Shown here one piece after another: positions 47,921 through 60,598 of a stretch of 64,000 bases of DNA. The notes beneath the pieces were generated by a model. The model was not told where the DNA came from. It saw nothing but the letters and a program-made list of their open reading frames with translations, and did no database searches. How positions within the stretch are numbered: the stretch's first letter is position 1; every line of letters starts with the position of its first letter. This DNA comes from Gnetum montanum (lineage: Eukaryota; Plantae; Gnetophyta), in contig MNCI01000217.1 of assembly GCA_015680685.1 (NCBI GenBank), forward strand, positions 66,670-130,669, read 5' to 3'. Made by a program: the position numbers and the translations under genes.

Positions 47921-50900
47921 ATGTCTTCTTCTAACAAAAGCAACTCACCGCCTAGGTACAATACACGAAACAATCAGCAATCAAAAACACATAGCCAAAA
48001 TCAACCAAGTCCTAAACAATACCGAATAGTCTATACTCATTCCGATGAGTATATTCCAAACTTTACCTTTATCCTCCATCAAGACGAACAGCTGCGATGG
48101 AGAGATCTACAAGGTAACATCGTGTTACCCGCAGATCGATCAGTCCTTAACATGCTCTTCCGTGCTTTGGCACAGATTAGCATGACAGAATTATTTTCTG
48201 AATACGTTGTAGAAGACTTTGATATGAGGGATTATCATCCCACAGACGCACAACGTATTAGGGACTTGAGGCAGGAGAGCCAACATACACTGCTGAAGGG
48301 CAAAGCCCCGAATGTCCTTAGCGAAATAGGAGATGAGGAACCCATTATAACGGGTTCTCTAACAAATGATGTTCCCCCTCCTAATGATGGTGAGGAGGTA
48401 AGGCATCAGAACCTATGATCAATGATACATAACACTAGTTTTAATCCCCGTGAACGCCAACTATTCACGGAAGGAACAACAACTCATGCTAAGTATGGGC
48501 ACTTAGATCGTCATCACGATCGGGGTTGAAGCAGCCGAAGAGAAGGCAAGAAGCATCGTCATGGCGATGGTTCCCCTTCTTCTTCTCCTTCATCTCACCA
48601 CTCACCCTGTCCTTCCACATCTGGGCGCAGCCACCATGAACATAACAGTGAGGATAGGGGTAGACAAAATGAGAGAGGACAAGGGTAAGACTGAAGGGAA
48701 AGTAGGGAACAACAAAGACATCACAGGAGTCATGAAAGAGATGATCATGACAAGCCCCTACTTGCAACTCGAAGTATGCTCGACATAATGGAGGCAGTAA
48801 GAATTCCAACAAGGCACCAAAGGGACAGTCGGATCAAACGTTTAGACATGAAAAATATTCCATGCTTTGAAGGGGGATACAACTCAGATCCGCAACATCA
48901 TTTACAAGCATTCCACGATGCCTATGCCTTGTAGAACATAGAAAATGAGTGGCAAAAAGTTAAGTTGTTTCCCAGGACACTGACTAAAGAAGCAGAGAGT
49001 TGGTACTGGTCCTTAGAATCGGTAACCATTAGGAGGTGGAGTACGATGCTAGAACTTTTCAACGATAAGTATCAAACGTACTCCAGAGTGTCCAATTTGC
49101 GTAAGCAGATCCAAGGCTAGAAACAAGGTACTTATGGACCCTTGGATGCTGCCATGGCCCACTATTACACATTGTTACATCGTTGCCTGGGCCATGGATA
49201 CGCTCAGTGGGATCAACTTCGCCACATCGTGGATGGGCTAAGGCATGAAACTAGAAGAATCCTTGGGACTTATGCCCAAGGGAGACTATCACAACTTAGA
49301 GCCCATGAAGTACATCGCTTGTTGGAACAAGTAGCAAAAGAAGAAGGTGAGCTATGCAAAAGGGAAAGTGCAAAAGAATACAACCGTGATCCCTCCCTTC
49401 GAAAGAAAGGAGTGATATTTTGTGATGAGGATGATGAGTCACCACTCGAAGAGTTGGTGAATCAGAAAACCTTGTCGATTCAAAAGTTAATAACCGAGGT
49501 ATCGGCTAAGATGGACAAATTGTGGGATTCCTTAGACTCCAGACTTGAAAGTGTCTTGAAAATCGTAGAAGAGTCTAAGGAAGAACGAAGTAGTGACAAA
49601 GGTAAGACAAAGCAGAGAGATTCAGGCCCTGCACATAATAAGGGTAAGGGGAGAATTCCTATTTCCGATGAGGTTGTGGATTTTGAAACAGATGATGACA
49701 GTGGATGTGAGATCTGCCAATATGACCATTCTAAGGGATGTTATCCAATTATCTCACATCTACAGGAGTCTGGGGTGTATGCGCTTAATCCAAGACTCAA
49801 CCAACGACAAATACCCTGTAGGTTACCTTATCCACAAGGTAACCCAAAGCAGTTCCACCAACCAGTTTTACCAACGTACTATCCAAGTGGAACTCCTCCA
49901 CAATCCATCAGACAGCATCAGCAGTGGCAATACCCGCAGTCATGGGGGATGCCACCGCCAACACAATAGTACCCTTACTGGTAGCCGGACCCTTATGGTT
50001 ATTATGTGCAGCAGCTGATTTCTCCAAGTGACTCTATGGGTCACACAACTCCCCAACGTCACTACCAAGTTCGAGAGTACTTTAGGAGGACTCCTTCTCC
50101 TTTGGGAGACATCCCACATTCATCCCATCCTCCAACTCCATCTACACCTCTTCCACCTGTAGTTCCCATATCTCCTGCTCCAACAATGGAAGGGGAACTC
50201 CCTACTTAACTGCAGCAACGTAACGCTGCGAGAGCTATAAATATTCAACTTGCTGCTGGTTCTGAAAACTGTAAAAAGAGAAGACCCTTCTTCAGAACCA
50301 AAAGCCCAGACAAACTCTCACAACAACAAGCGGTTGAGCCCATGTACACTCCTCCACCATCTAACACTTCAGAGCACCCTTCAGTCCAACCAAGCTGTAT
50401 GCATACGATTATGTTAACACATACCATAACTGACTGGATTAAGGTAGGCCACCTTCCCAGGAAATTATCTAACCCTGGGAGCCCCTCAATCTATTTACAA
50501 ATCGCCGGGAACAAACCACATAAGGCTCTTCTTAACTTAGGTTCCAGAGTTAATTTAATATCACGAGAAATGTATCAAGCTTGGAACCTATCCCAACTTA
50601 AGAAGAGTAATATTCAACTGGAGCTGGCTAACCAATCCATCACCATTCCCTTGGAATTGGTGGAAGACATCATTACCATTGTGTGTGGTTGATCATACCC
50701 AGTCAATTTCCTGGTGATTGAAGTTAACAGTAACAACGGGGGCTTCCCAATTATAATGGGAAGGCCATGGCTAAGTACAGTAGATGCGTACCTAGGGATC
50801 CACAATCTTTCCTTGTAGATATCTAAGATAAACATATATGGAAAGATCGAGAAGAAGAAAGCTCCATGCATCACATACAGTGACTTAGAGGGTGATGACA

Positions 50901-51235
50901 TGGAAGAATGTTTAGCATTGCTTCCATGTGATCGATGTGCCCAGGAAATACAAATTCAACGGTGCTTGTATGTAGCAACCACACCAGTAGTAGACACCCC
51001 ATGGTTGATAACTACTAGGAAGAGCAAACTAATATGCACGGAACGAACTGAGGAAACTCATGCTAACAATGAAGGCATAGACACATTGAAGTATGAGCGT
51101 CGCCAACTTCCACCCCTCAACCTAAAAACATCAGTGGGGAGAAGTTGGGCACTTTTATGACATTCAAATAGACGTTCGTTATTTCAGATCTCTCCCTTAC
51201 AATTCAGTCATGGGGGAGATGACCACCTATGCTAA
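47921..51235 (+). pseudogene. gag: gag-protease polyprotein ending in the pol C-terminal peptide
   Basis: collinear with element 2 gag/PR (ALLNLGSRVNLI); ends RSLFQISPLQFSHGGDDHLC*. Confidence 0.88.
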
Positions 51236-51261
51236 CCATTGGAGGCCTTTGGTTCTTTTTA

Positions 51262-51546
51262 GTTTTTGTTTTACATGTTTTTGTTTTACATATTTTTGTT
51301 TTACAAGTTTTTGTTTTACACGTATTTGTTTTACAAGTTTTTACTTAATACATTTGTTTTACACGTTTTTGTTCTACATATTTTTGTTTTAAAAGTTTTT
51401 GTTTAACACATTTTTGTTTTACATGTTTTTGTTTTACACGTTTTTGTTTTACACATTTTTGTTTAACACATTTTTGTTTAACACATTTTTGTTTTACATA
51501 TTTTTGTCCTCCACATTTCTTTAACTTTTCTTGTTTTTGTTTTACA
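51262..51546 (+). repeat. 15-bp minisatellite (TTTTTGTTTTACACA-like), about 18-19 units
   Basis: directly visible. Confidence 0.92.
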
Positions 51547-51563
51547 ACATCGTTATACTTTTC

Positions 51564-51568
<5 letters not shown>

Positions 51569-51600
<32 letters not shown>
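51569..51600 (+). repeat. (TG)16 microsatellite
   Basis: directly visible. Confidence 0.95.
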
Positions 51601-51601
<1 letters not shown>

Positions 51602-52954
51602 TCCACTTTGTAAGTTTGTCACCCAATAAGTGTTCTTCACGATGGTATGAACTAATTTCTTATTGATGACTAATGTTTGGTTTTTACCTTTAAGTTACGA
51701 TGTTGACACTAGGTATGTTCTTTTGGTATGGCAGGCAATGAGTCCACTTCATCCATTCATTCACAAAGTCTATGATCTCTCTTGGCTTGGAAATGTATAG
51801 TTCCTTTCTAATAAGAACTTTAACAAATCGGTGACTGGGCATTTCTCAAACTAAGGAAGAGCTCAAGGTTTGAAAAGTGTGTGACTTCAAGGGAACTTGA
51901 TGCATTTGATATTTTCTTCTTGAGTTTTCTTGTTGTTCCGATGTTACCCAATCATCAAAAGCTGAGCCAATTAAAATAAGAAGTCTTTGCATGGTGTGGT
52001 TCTCATGAATAAAGACACGAAAAAAAAGAAAAAAAAAGAGAGAGAAAAAAAATAAAGAAAGTGAGAATTCAAAGCACACCCCTTAGACAAAATAATCCCT
52101 TTGGCTACAAGCACTGGTTATGGAACCAAAAACATTCCCTCTAACTAAGGCCCTTCTCGCTTCCCATTCTCTCCTTTGTTTCGTCGGAATGGTGGTGGGT
52201 CTTGGAGGAAGCATTCTTGTTATTCAAGTGGATGATTTGGCCAAGTGTGTTGATGCGAAGTCACTGATGTGGTTGGTTTGAGGTCGGAGTTGGAATGAGA
52301 TTTGCCAAGTCACATTAATCATGTTACACACAAGGGGCTGTACACCACCTTGTTCTTAGGATTCCATTCCATTCTCTTCTCTCCACCCTTCTCTCCATTG
52401 TTCACCTCATTGCCAGTTGTATCATTAGTGTATATTTTGGTAGATGCATTATTTTCTTTTTGGTAAATTCTTACGATTAATACTTTAACTCTTGTTCCAA
52501 CGGACATTCCCAGAGCTTACGGACTCTTTGAATGTGGGTTTGTTAGGGCATTAAGGGCATGAGCCTGCTTTGGGAAGGACCCACTGGCATTCCTATTTGG
52601 TGCACTAGTTAACTTCTTTCCCTTAACATTTTGTAATACATTTTGTTTTGTTCATTTCCATCTTGACATCCACTTTATCGATGTCTTAGTTGTCTCTTTT
52701 TATCCATTCTTCTTATTCCTTTTCTTTTTCCATTCTCTCGCTATTGGAGGTTCGCGATTAGTCATGGGGGTACGGGGCCCAATTTTTTCGATTTTCTCCT
52801 AACTCCTACACCTTTGGTAGTCATCATTATTACATCTCCAGAACCACAATTAGCCATACCACAACCCAGCCAATTGATTGTTCACCGAAGCAAGACATCA
52901 ACTACATGATAATTCAATTACCCTTGCTAATATAAGATTATGTTGTGTGTGTAG

Positions 52955-53158
52955 ATGGCAATCATGCAACAACGGATCGGATCTGGAAGGGAGCATTTGG
53001 AATGAAGCAATGCTGAAAACAGCTATGTAAGGAGCAAGATCGATGACGCGCTTATGGATGGACAACGAAAGACACAATCTTGGCGTTGGTAGCAGCAAGA
53101 CTTCTTCTCTCTTCTTCTCTCCTCTTCTCTCTTCTCTTTTCTCTCAGTTGCCAACTAA
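52955..53158 (+). pseudogene. short ORF at the env-like position of element 3
   Basis: CTAAT branch-like site, GTAG|ATG, 68 codons with two internal stops (TGA, TAG). Confidence 0.4.
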
Positions 53159-53339
53159 GGCCTGATGTCAATGTAATAAGGTGTTCACCCTTGTTGTTAT
53201 GAATACCAATTTGTTGTGTTTTGTAATGATGATCCGTTCACATGTCATCCCATTAGATCCATTTGAGTCAATAATCCCATAGCTTCCCGATATTATTGTA
53301 AGGAACTTGAGGACGAGTTTTTATTTAGTCATGAGGGTA

Positions 53340-54010
53340 TGATGGAATGCGATATCGCATGGGCTGCGAGTCACGATATCGCATCCCTCAGGATATCGTG
53401 TACGCGATATTGCGTCTTCCCCTACTATATCATGTACGCGATATCACGATGTGCTGTCATATCTATAAATAAGAGGCGGCTCTCCCTTGTTTCCTCATCC
53501 TATAGTAGAAGTAGGGAAACTTTGGCAGATTGATCACTCTAGAGATAGAATATTTTCCATGTGCCCGCAGTAGGAGTCCCATAGTGAACGGATCTTTATT
53601 CGAGAAAACATTGTACTTGAACACAAGTTTGTATTCGACAATAAAGACGAGCTTTGTGGATAAACCTTGCAGTGCATGGAATAGGATTTTATTACATGTT
53701 ATTTATTACCTGTTATTTATTAACGCGGAATGAGTATGACTTGATTACGAGCATTTAAGGATGTGTACGGATGATCAAGGAACGGATGCTCATCATGCTT
53801 AGGCTAGATTAGATTCTCTCAATCTTTTCCTCCTAGTTAAGTGCCTCAGTACGACCACTTCGAGCACATGTGTTACGCGTGGGATCCCAGCAACGATTAG
53901 CGTTTGGTAACCACGGTTGCATCGGTTTAGGGTGTGTATGGTAAGTGGGAACAAATGCTGACGCCAGGTAATTTACACTTAGTTCATTAGTTAGAGTTAG
54001 TAACTAGTTT
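53340..54010 (+). repeat. 3' LTR of element 3, lacking about 240 bp of U5
   Basis: matches the 5' LTR up to GTAACTAGTTT (47537) and then diverges. Confidence 0.95.
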
Positions 54011-54028
54011 AGGGTTTAGGGTTTAGGG
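54008..54028 (+). repeat. interstitial telomeric repeat (TTTAGGG)3
   Basis: three perfect copies. Confidence 0.9.
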
Positions 54029-54235
54029 TGATAACATGTAGCAAGCTATCCAAAACAAGAAAAAAATGACTTAAGGAATGGTAGAAAAGTGAAAACCAAG
54101 AAAATTGGTTGATGTACAAAATGGTAGAAAAAGAGGCAAACGTAGCAATAGCCAAAGCCAAACATAAGATCTTAAATACCTTATATGAGAAACTAGGAAC
54201 AGAGAAAGAAGAAAAATTTGGTTATCAAAATTGAA
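54029..54235 (+). mobile_element. RTE LINE ORF fragment (APE-RT linker)
   Basis: EANVAIAKAKHKILNTLYEKLGTEKEEKFGY resembles the plant RTE AKKAV..AK...LY..L.T..GE...Y motif. Confidence 0.65.
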
Positions 54236-54862
54236 ATTGAAATTTTATTACATTTTTAGATCCTCTAGATTTAATAAACATAAGAAAAATATAAATGCTA
54301 TGAGTTTGGAAAACATCATTAAGAAAATACCATGTGTTCTTAGTAACATTTGGAAACAATCAATTAATTTTGCAATTATAATATCCTACCTATGTCTAAT
54401 ATGCTTCAATCCATGACATGGTAGGAAAATGTGTGTTACAACATAAAAATTTGCAAAGGTTTAGTTATTTAATTTAATGCATGTGATCAATTCTTTAATG
54501 TTGTCAAATGTGTTTCACTAGATTAGCTCTAATTTAAAGGTTAAAGTATGTCAGTCATGTGAAGGTGGTTCGTAAGAAAAGTAAAGGAAATAAAAGTAAA
54601 CAAGTATATGCTATATATATAACATATATACATATTACATGATGCATATCTTTTTTTATTGCCTCACTTCTATTTTCTATTTCCTTGTCTATGCATTTGG
54701 GTTTTCTGTTTTTTGTTCCAAACAAAAACAAATTTTTACCCTATTTCTTCCATTTCTGAATAGGTACCAAGCCTAGATGTAACATTGCATATGATTCTTT
54801 CACTTATAAATAAATTGTGACCTTTGATACTTCTTGTTTCAAATCGTAAAGGGTTTCTAGCA

Positions 54863-55520
54863 TGATAGTTTAGTCCAGAGTGAGGTGTATGATGTGGTCC
54901 TAAACTAGTGCTACTCCTAGAGGCAATGGAAAATAACTTTAATTAAGCTAGGAGGAAAAGGGAGAGAGAATCTAAGCTAGCCTAAGTGCGATGAGCATTC
55001 GTTCCTTAATCATCCATACACATCTTGGACCTTGTGCATGACTACCACTAGGATTGCCAAGCGCATGGCCTAGGTACACTACTGGGATACCAAGCAGTCA
55101 CACTTGAATGCTTGTGATGAAGTTGTACTCATTTTGCATTTAAGGAGTTTAGGGTGAAGAGATATTAACTGCGAAAGTAATAAATAATGATAACAATTAA
55201 ATAATTAAATTAAGTGAATGTTGCAATGATGAAGTAATCTTGATCTTTATTTCCAGCGATGTGCGTGTCCAGGTACGTCACACTCGAATAAAGGATACTG
55301 TACAATTACAATCATCACACTGCGAGGGTTGAGAAAAGACTAAAAATGAAAACTAATTTCTAACTAAAAAAAAACCTCCTTTTATCGTGTGCCTAAGGTA
55401 TATTTATAGGCTTACACAGGAGCCATGATATTGCGTATATGATATCGCGAGCCAAGTCGTGATATTGCATATGCGATATCTTAGGTGCGATATTGTGACC
55501 TAATGAATCACGATTCATCA
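54863..55520 (-). repeat. 3' LTR of element 4 (U5 end missing)
   Basis: matches ~60015-60598. Confidence 0.9.
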
Positions 55521-55699
55521 TATCCCCACAACTGAATGAAAACTCATCCTGAGAATGAGTCCAATTGATTACACAGTGGATAGGTATGGGATTATTGACT
55601 AACTAGAAATTATTCATGCCGTAGTGGGGGATTGAACAAAACAAAATTGGGACACAGACATAGAATTACAAAACTTTGTTGGAACTCATGTGGTTCTAG

Positions 55700-56123
55700 A
55701 TGGCAGTGGTTCCTCCATGGGTGCTTTTCCTTTGTCCTACGTGCCAAGCTTCTAAGATTGATACCATTGAAGAAGCGCCTGATGTTTCTCCTCTTCTATC
55801 CAAGGATTATGAGTTGTCCATGCTAATGTTCCAATGTTTAATGGAGTTAGCACTTCCCATGGACACGGTAGCTGTGGGAACACTTGATTGGCCTTGACAT
55901 GCTATGCCGCAAATAGCTATTGTTCCTCTTCATAGGCTTGGGCCCTAACCTCTCCACCTTTTGCTTAGCTAGATCATGTAGTAACAAGAGTTTCCTGATG
56001 GATGCTGAATGATTGTGCCTCCTACTCCGCATGTTCTGCATGAGGTCCTTGGCTTTTGCCTCCCCCTAGGTGTTTCGGTGCACCTTGAGAAGGTCCTCCT
56101 TGTTGTCCTCTTTTAGGGGCCAT
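55700..56123 (-). pseudogene. short env-like ORF remnant of element 4
   Basis: TACTAAC...TATAG|ATG MAPKRGQQGGPSQGAPKH, similar to element 2 MEPKPRHPMDEGPSQPRDKH; 3' end uncertain. Confidence 0.55.
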
Positions 56124-57829
56124 CTATAATCACATAAAGATCAATTGTTAGTAAGGTTATTGAAAGAAGTTCAATTATTTCATACTTTACTTATTGCCTT
56201 TAGTAAATGTTGAATTCTTTTCTTAGTGTGATTTTAGAGTTAGAAGTTTTTTTTTTCAAGGAAGTTGCCCTAAAATTTTAATGTCGGACTTGGTTTGTTT
56301 AGGTGACACATCAAAGGACACATAATGGTTTTGAGGAACGTTTGATAAAATGAGGACAAAGAAAAGAATAGATTTGGCAATGAAGTGCTCGAAGGGTATA
56401 AAATGATGTGGTGGTGTGTAACAAGTATAAATTACAAAAGTCATGCAAGTGGGTCCTCCCCAAAGTAGGTTCCAACCTATAATGCCCTTGCGTAACCACA
56501 CCTTAAAATGTTCGTAGGCACTCGAAGGGTTAAATGTAATCTATATTGATGCAACAGAACACACACATGTTGATACTACTGTGATGAGGTAGGAATTCTA
56601 TGTGACACAAAACACGAGTCACCAATTCATAAACAACAAGATGAGGAAAATTGTAAAAGGGATTACAGAGATTGGGACGTGAGGTGACTAACTCAGGGCA
56701 CAATGAATCTTCAGTGTAGGGCATGATTAATGTGTCATTGACATATCGCTCAAAAATCAAGACCAGGTCCATTCCTCTAATCAGTGACATCACATTGTTT
56801 CATCCTGTGGTGGACATTCATAAGAGGATCATGACAACAAGGTGTACGATCACTTGGCGTTTCATTTAAGGGAGGAGTGATTGCTTTGCGGCACTTTGAT
56901 CTTGATCTTTTCTTTTCTTTTTATGTGGCTTCTTTGGCACACTCTGCTTGCTCTTTTTTTCTCTCTCTATTTTTTTTATGAATGCTTAAGCTAGAGAAGC
57001 TGCCTACCTTCAGGCATGGGTGCATGTCTTTCCAATGGAACCCCCTAGAATAGCATTAGGGTTCTTTGATTGAATTCCTTTTGATTACTCTTACTTCCAT
57101 TTTTTATTAGATCTACGAGGATCTTAGTACAACTAAGCGGCATGATAACTCCTACAAAAGTCACCAAAGAGAATCCACAAATCCCCTTGATGTCACACCC
57201 TAGTCATTCCTTCTTTGCTCTGGGTATAATGAACACAAGATTACTTTAAGTTTTAATGATTAGGAATATCATTGTACCCAAGGTAGAACCTCTTATTAAT
57301 GGAATGGGTAGGTGGATGTTGTGGGCTCATTGTTCAAGTAATTTGTTACCTGAGACTTGATAGCGGAGAACAACACCTCAACAATGAGTCACATGAGTGC
57401 TTTATTCATAGATGAGATTACTCACAAAAGGATAAAAAGACAGAAAGATAAAGCAATAAATTAAAAGGTGAAAAAATGGAAAACAAAAAGTTAAAAAATT
57501 AAAGAAACAAAAAAACATTTATTAATTTTGTGTTGTTAGAATGAAGGATACCCCTCATAGGTAAATGGTTGAGCATGGCTAGAATTAATAAATGGAAAGT
57601 TAGAATCCAAGCATGCTAGAAATATTGGGACCTGATCATACTTACCCCATTGGGGTTCACACACTTAATTAGAGTTGACATAGTGGGGCAAGTTATAAGA
57701 TGTGGTTAATTTATAAGGGCTTTACCCACTATGGTACTTGTGACCGTAAGATGATATGCAAGGATCAACATGTCTCCCTATGTGACTATATTCATTAGGC
57801 CCTAGGGTTGTTGGAGTATTGAGTGGTGG

Positions 57830-59830
57830 CTCTAATAAGGTAACATGAGGTGTTGGGTTCGAAGAGGAAGATGCATCATAGTGTTGGACTTGTGCTGAGT
57901 TGGAAAATGTAGTGGTTTCTGAACTATGGTGTTCCTTTCTACAGTCACGTTTAAAGAAGGTACGTTCCTGGTGTTTTGGAGGACCTCCACTATTGTTGGC
58001 AGTAGAAGTAGAAGTAATGCTTGTGGGTTGATGCTATGGTGCAAATACTTTGGGCATAATTGGTGGCGATGTAGAAGGAGGTGAAGGATGAGAATATTGT
58101 TGTTGAGAAAAAGTGTAAGGTACATGAGGTGGTGACCTTGGCAGAGAGGGTATGAATGGATAGTATTCTAGAGAATGATAACGATGAGGTGAAGTAGAGG
58201 GTGATGATCTGGTTAGAGAAACAAGGTGTTGAACATAGTAAGTAGTTGGAGTTGGGACATACAAAGGATATGGTTGGGTCAGTGATGGCCTCCCCCATGA
58301 CTGGGGCTTTTGCCACTATGCTTGAACTCGATATTTCTGTATAAAATCTAGATGTAACATTCCTCCCCAATGCTCATGTAAATGTGACAAAACTGGGCAT
58401 TGGCCTTTGGGGTGATCGTATAGATAGATGTTACATCGTTACATTGATATGTGAAGTTGGTAGCTGAGTTCTTATTCTTATTATCTTCTACCCTTTGTTC
58501 TTATTGTTGCATGGTGTCCTGTCCTATTTCTTGATCTGGCATAGTTGTGCCTCTACTATTGTTAGCATATTTTCCATCCACCCACTCCGTCATCTTATTA
58601 ATCTTTGCCTTGATTTCATCTAGTGATTATTGCATTGGCAAAGGTAGAAACAATTGCTCTTCCTCAAGGTGAGTTGATTTCTCCTCTTTATGGTTATGGA
58701 CCTTTGCTAATTCGAGATTTTGGTCATGTTGAGAGCTTTCAACATTCTCCCATTTAGCCATTTCTTCTTTTTCTTTTGCTACCCACTTAATAAGCTCTTG
58801 GAGTTGATGGGTTTGTAGCTCATATAGTTGACCTCGGGCATACATCCCTAGGGTTTCCCTTATTTCATTACAAAGCCCATCTATGATATGGTACATTAGC
58901 CTTTCCTCGGAAAACCCATGGCCTAGGCAATTATTTAACAATGCATAATATCTTTCTAAGGCCATTTCCAAGGGTTCATGTTGCTCTGGTTTCCATTCTT
59001 GGATTTGTCTCCTCAAGGCCGACACTTTGGCATAGGTTTGATATCATTTAGTAAAGAGTTCTACCATTGTTGGTCAACTACGGATTGATTTTGGTTTTAA
59101 CAATCGGTACCACATTTTTTCTTGGCCAACGAGTATCATAGGAAAGAGCTTAAGTTTTTGCCACCCATTATCAATATTATTCCATACACAGGCATCATAG
59201 AAGGCTTCTATATGTTGTTGTGGATCTGAATCATAGCCTCCTGCAAACTTGGGAAAGTTGTTTAAATCAAGCCTGGGTAGACAGCTTTCTTTGCAATGCC
59301 TGCAAGATATTTGAATGGCCTCTTGTATAGGAATTAGGCTCTTAGTAGCCAGCAAGGGCTCATCATCACTAAGTGGGTTGTGAGTTTGTGCGTTGGGACA
59401 ATGTTGTCATTGTTCATGTTGGTGTTCTCAATTTGTTTTATGAGCTCTATTTTTAGTTCTACGTTGATCCCTTGAAAGATAGCCATCCGTGTCACAATCT
59501 AACATTGAAGGAGTACAGAAAGAGAGGGAACTGTAAAACTCGTTATGACTTTTGTAAGTCTTCCAATCATTCCTAAATAAGTTCTTGTTAGTTATCAAGA
59601 AGGTCCTAGGCCTTTTGGGCCTCCTCGTTCTATGGGATGTCTCATCCTTACTAGAGGTGTCAGAGTTGGATGATGAAAGTCTTTGAGTATCGTTGGGGTG
59701 TTCATGAACATAGGGGACTCCTACATAAAGTTGAGTACTCCAAACTTTGTCTTCATCATATAATTCGTTGGTTCTCCAATGAATTGCCTCACTAGTTGTT
59801 GCGTTAGCATAGTCTTGTGAGAGAGACATT
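57830..59830 (-). pseudogene. gag: gag of element 4
   Basis: PKFAGGYDSDPQQHIEAFYDAC..KLKLFP..WY..L...SI; LERYYALLNNCLGHGFS; C..C...H..G.CP. Confidence 0.85.
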
Positions 59831-59852
59831 GTTGTNTCGGCACTGGTGCCAA

Positions 59853-60598
59853 TGATGAGTGGTGAGGTACCCCTACACTCAACCATACGAATATGAGTGT
59901 TTCACGCATGATTCGATCGAACTCCACAGACGGGCTAGTTGTGGTATCTAGATAGTTACTCGCTAATCACAGTTCACTGTCTTCCCACCTGGACTAGTAT
60001 TTGCTTTGTCACATATGGTTTAGTCTAGAGTGAGGTGTATGATGTGGTCCTAAACTAGTGCTACTCCTGAAGGCAATGGAAAATAACTTTAATAAGTGCG
60101 ATAAGCATCCATTACTTAATCATCTGTATACATTTTGGACCTCTTGCATGAATACCAGTGGGATTGCCAAATGCATGGCCTAGGTACGCTACTGGGATAC
60201 CAAGTAGTCACACTTGAATGCTCGTGATTAAGTTGTACTCATTCTGTGTTTAAGGAGTTTATGGTGAAGAGATATTAACTACGAAAGCAATAAATAATGA
60301 TTATAATTAAATAATTAAACTAAGTGAATGTTGTAATGATGAAGTAATCTTGATCTTTATTTTCGGTCATGTGTGTGTCCAAGTACGTTACACTCGAATA
60401 AAGGATGCCGTACAATTACAATCATCACACTGCAGACATGCACTGGGAGAAAGGGTTGAGAAAAGACTAAAAATGAAAACTAAGTTCTAACTAAAAAAAA
60501 CCTCCTTTTACCATGCGCCTAAGGTGTATTTATAATCTTGCATAGGAGCCACGATATCGCGTACATGATATCATGACCTAATGAATCACGATTCATCA
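59853..60598 (-). repeat. 5' LTR of element 4
   Basis: TGATGAATC...CACTCATCA on the minus strand, followed by PBS. Confidence 0.92.

Larger units (their letters stand above)
46878..54010 (+). mobile_element. non-autonomous Athila-like element (element 3): gag and protease only, 3' LTR truncated
   Basis: LTRs 46878-47777 and 53340-54010, PBS TGGCGTCGTTGCCAGGGA (47779-47796), PPT before 53340; no RT/RH/IN motifs. Confidence 0.93.
54863..60598 (-). mobile_element. non-autonomous Athila-like element (element 4): gag only, 3' LTR truncated
   Basis: LTRs 59853-60598 and ~54863-55520, PBS 59835-59851, PPT 55521-55552, gag ORFs 59074-59355 and 58627-59025; no pol motifs; no TSD. Confidence 0.9.

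Noticed and set aside
51345-51626. ORF with KQKCV repeats
   Set aside because: Antisense translation of the minisatellite and (TG)n.
54863-54866. TGAT as intact terminus of element 4 3' LTR
   Set aside because: Flank TAGCA does not match CCTAT at the other end, so no TSD supports it.
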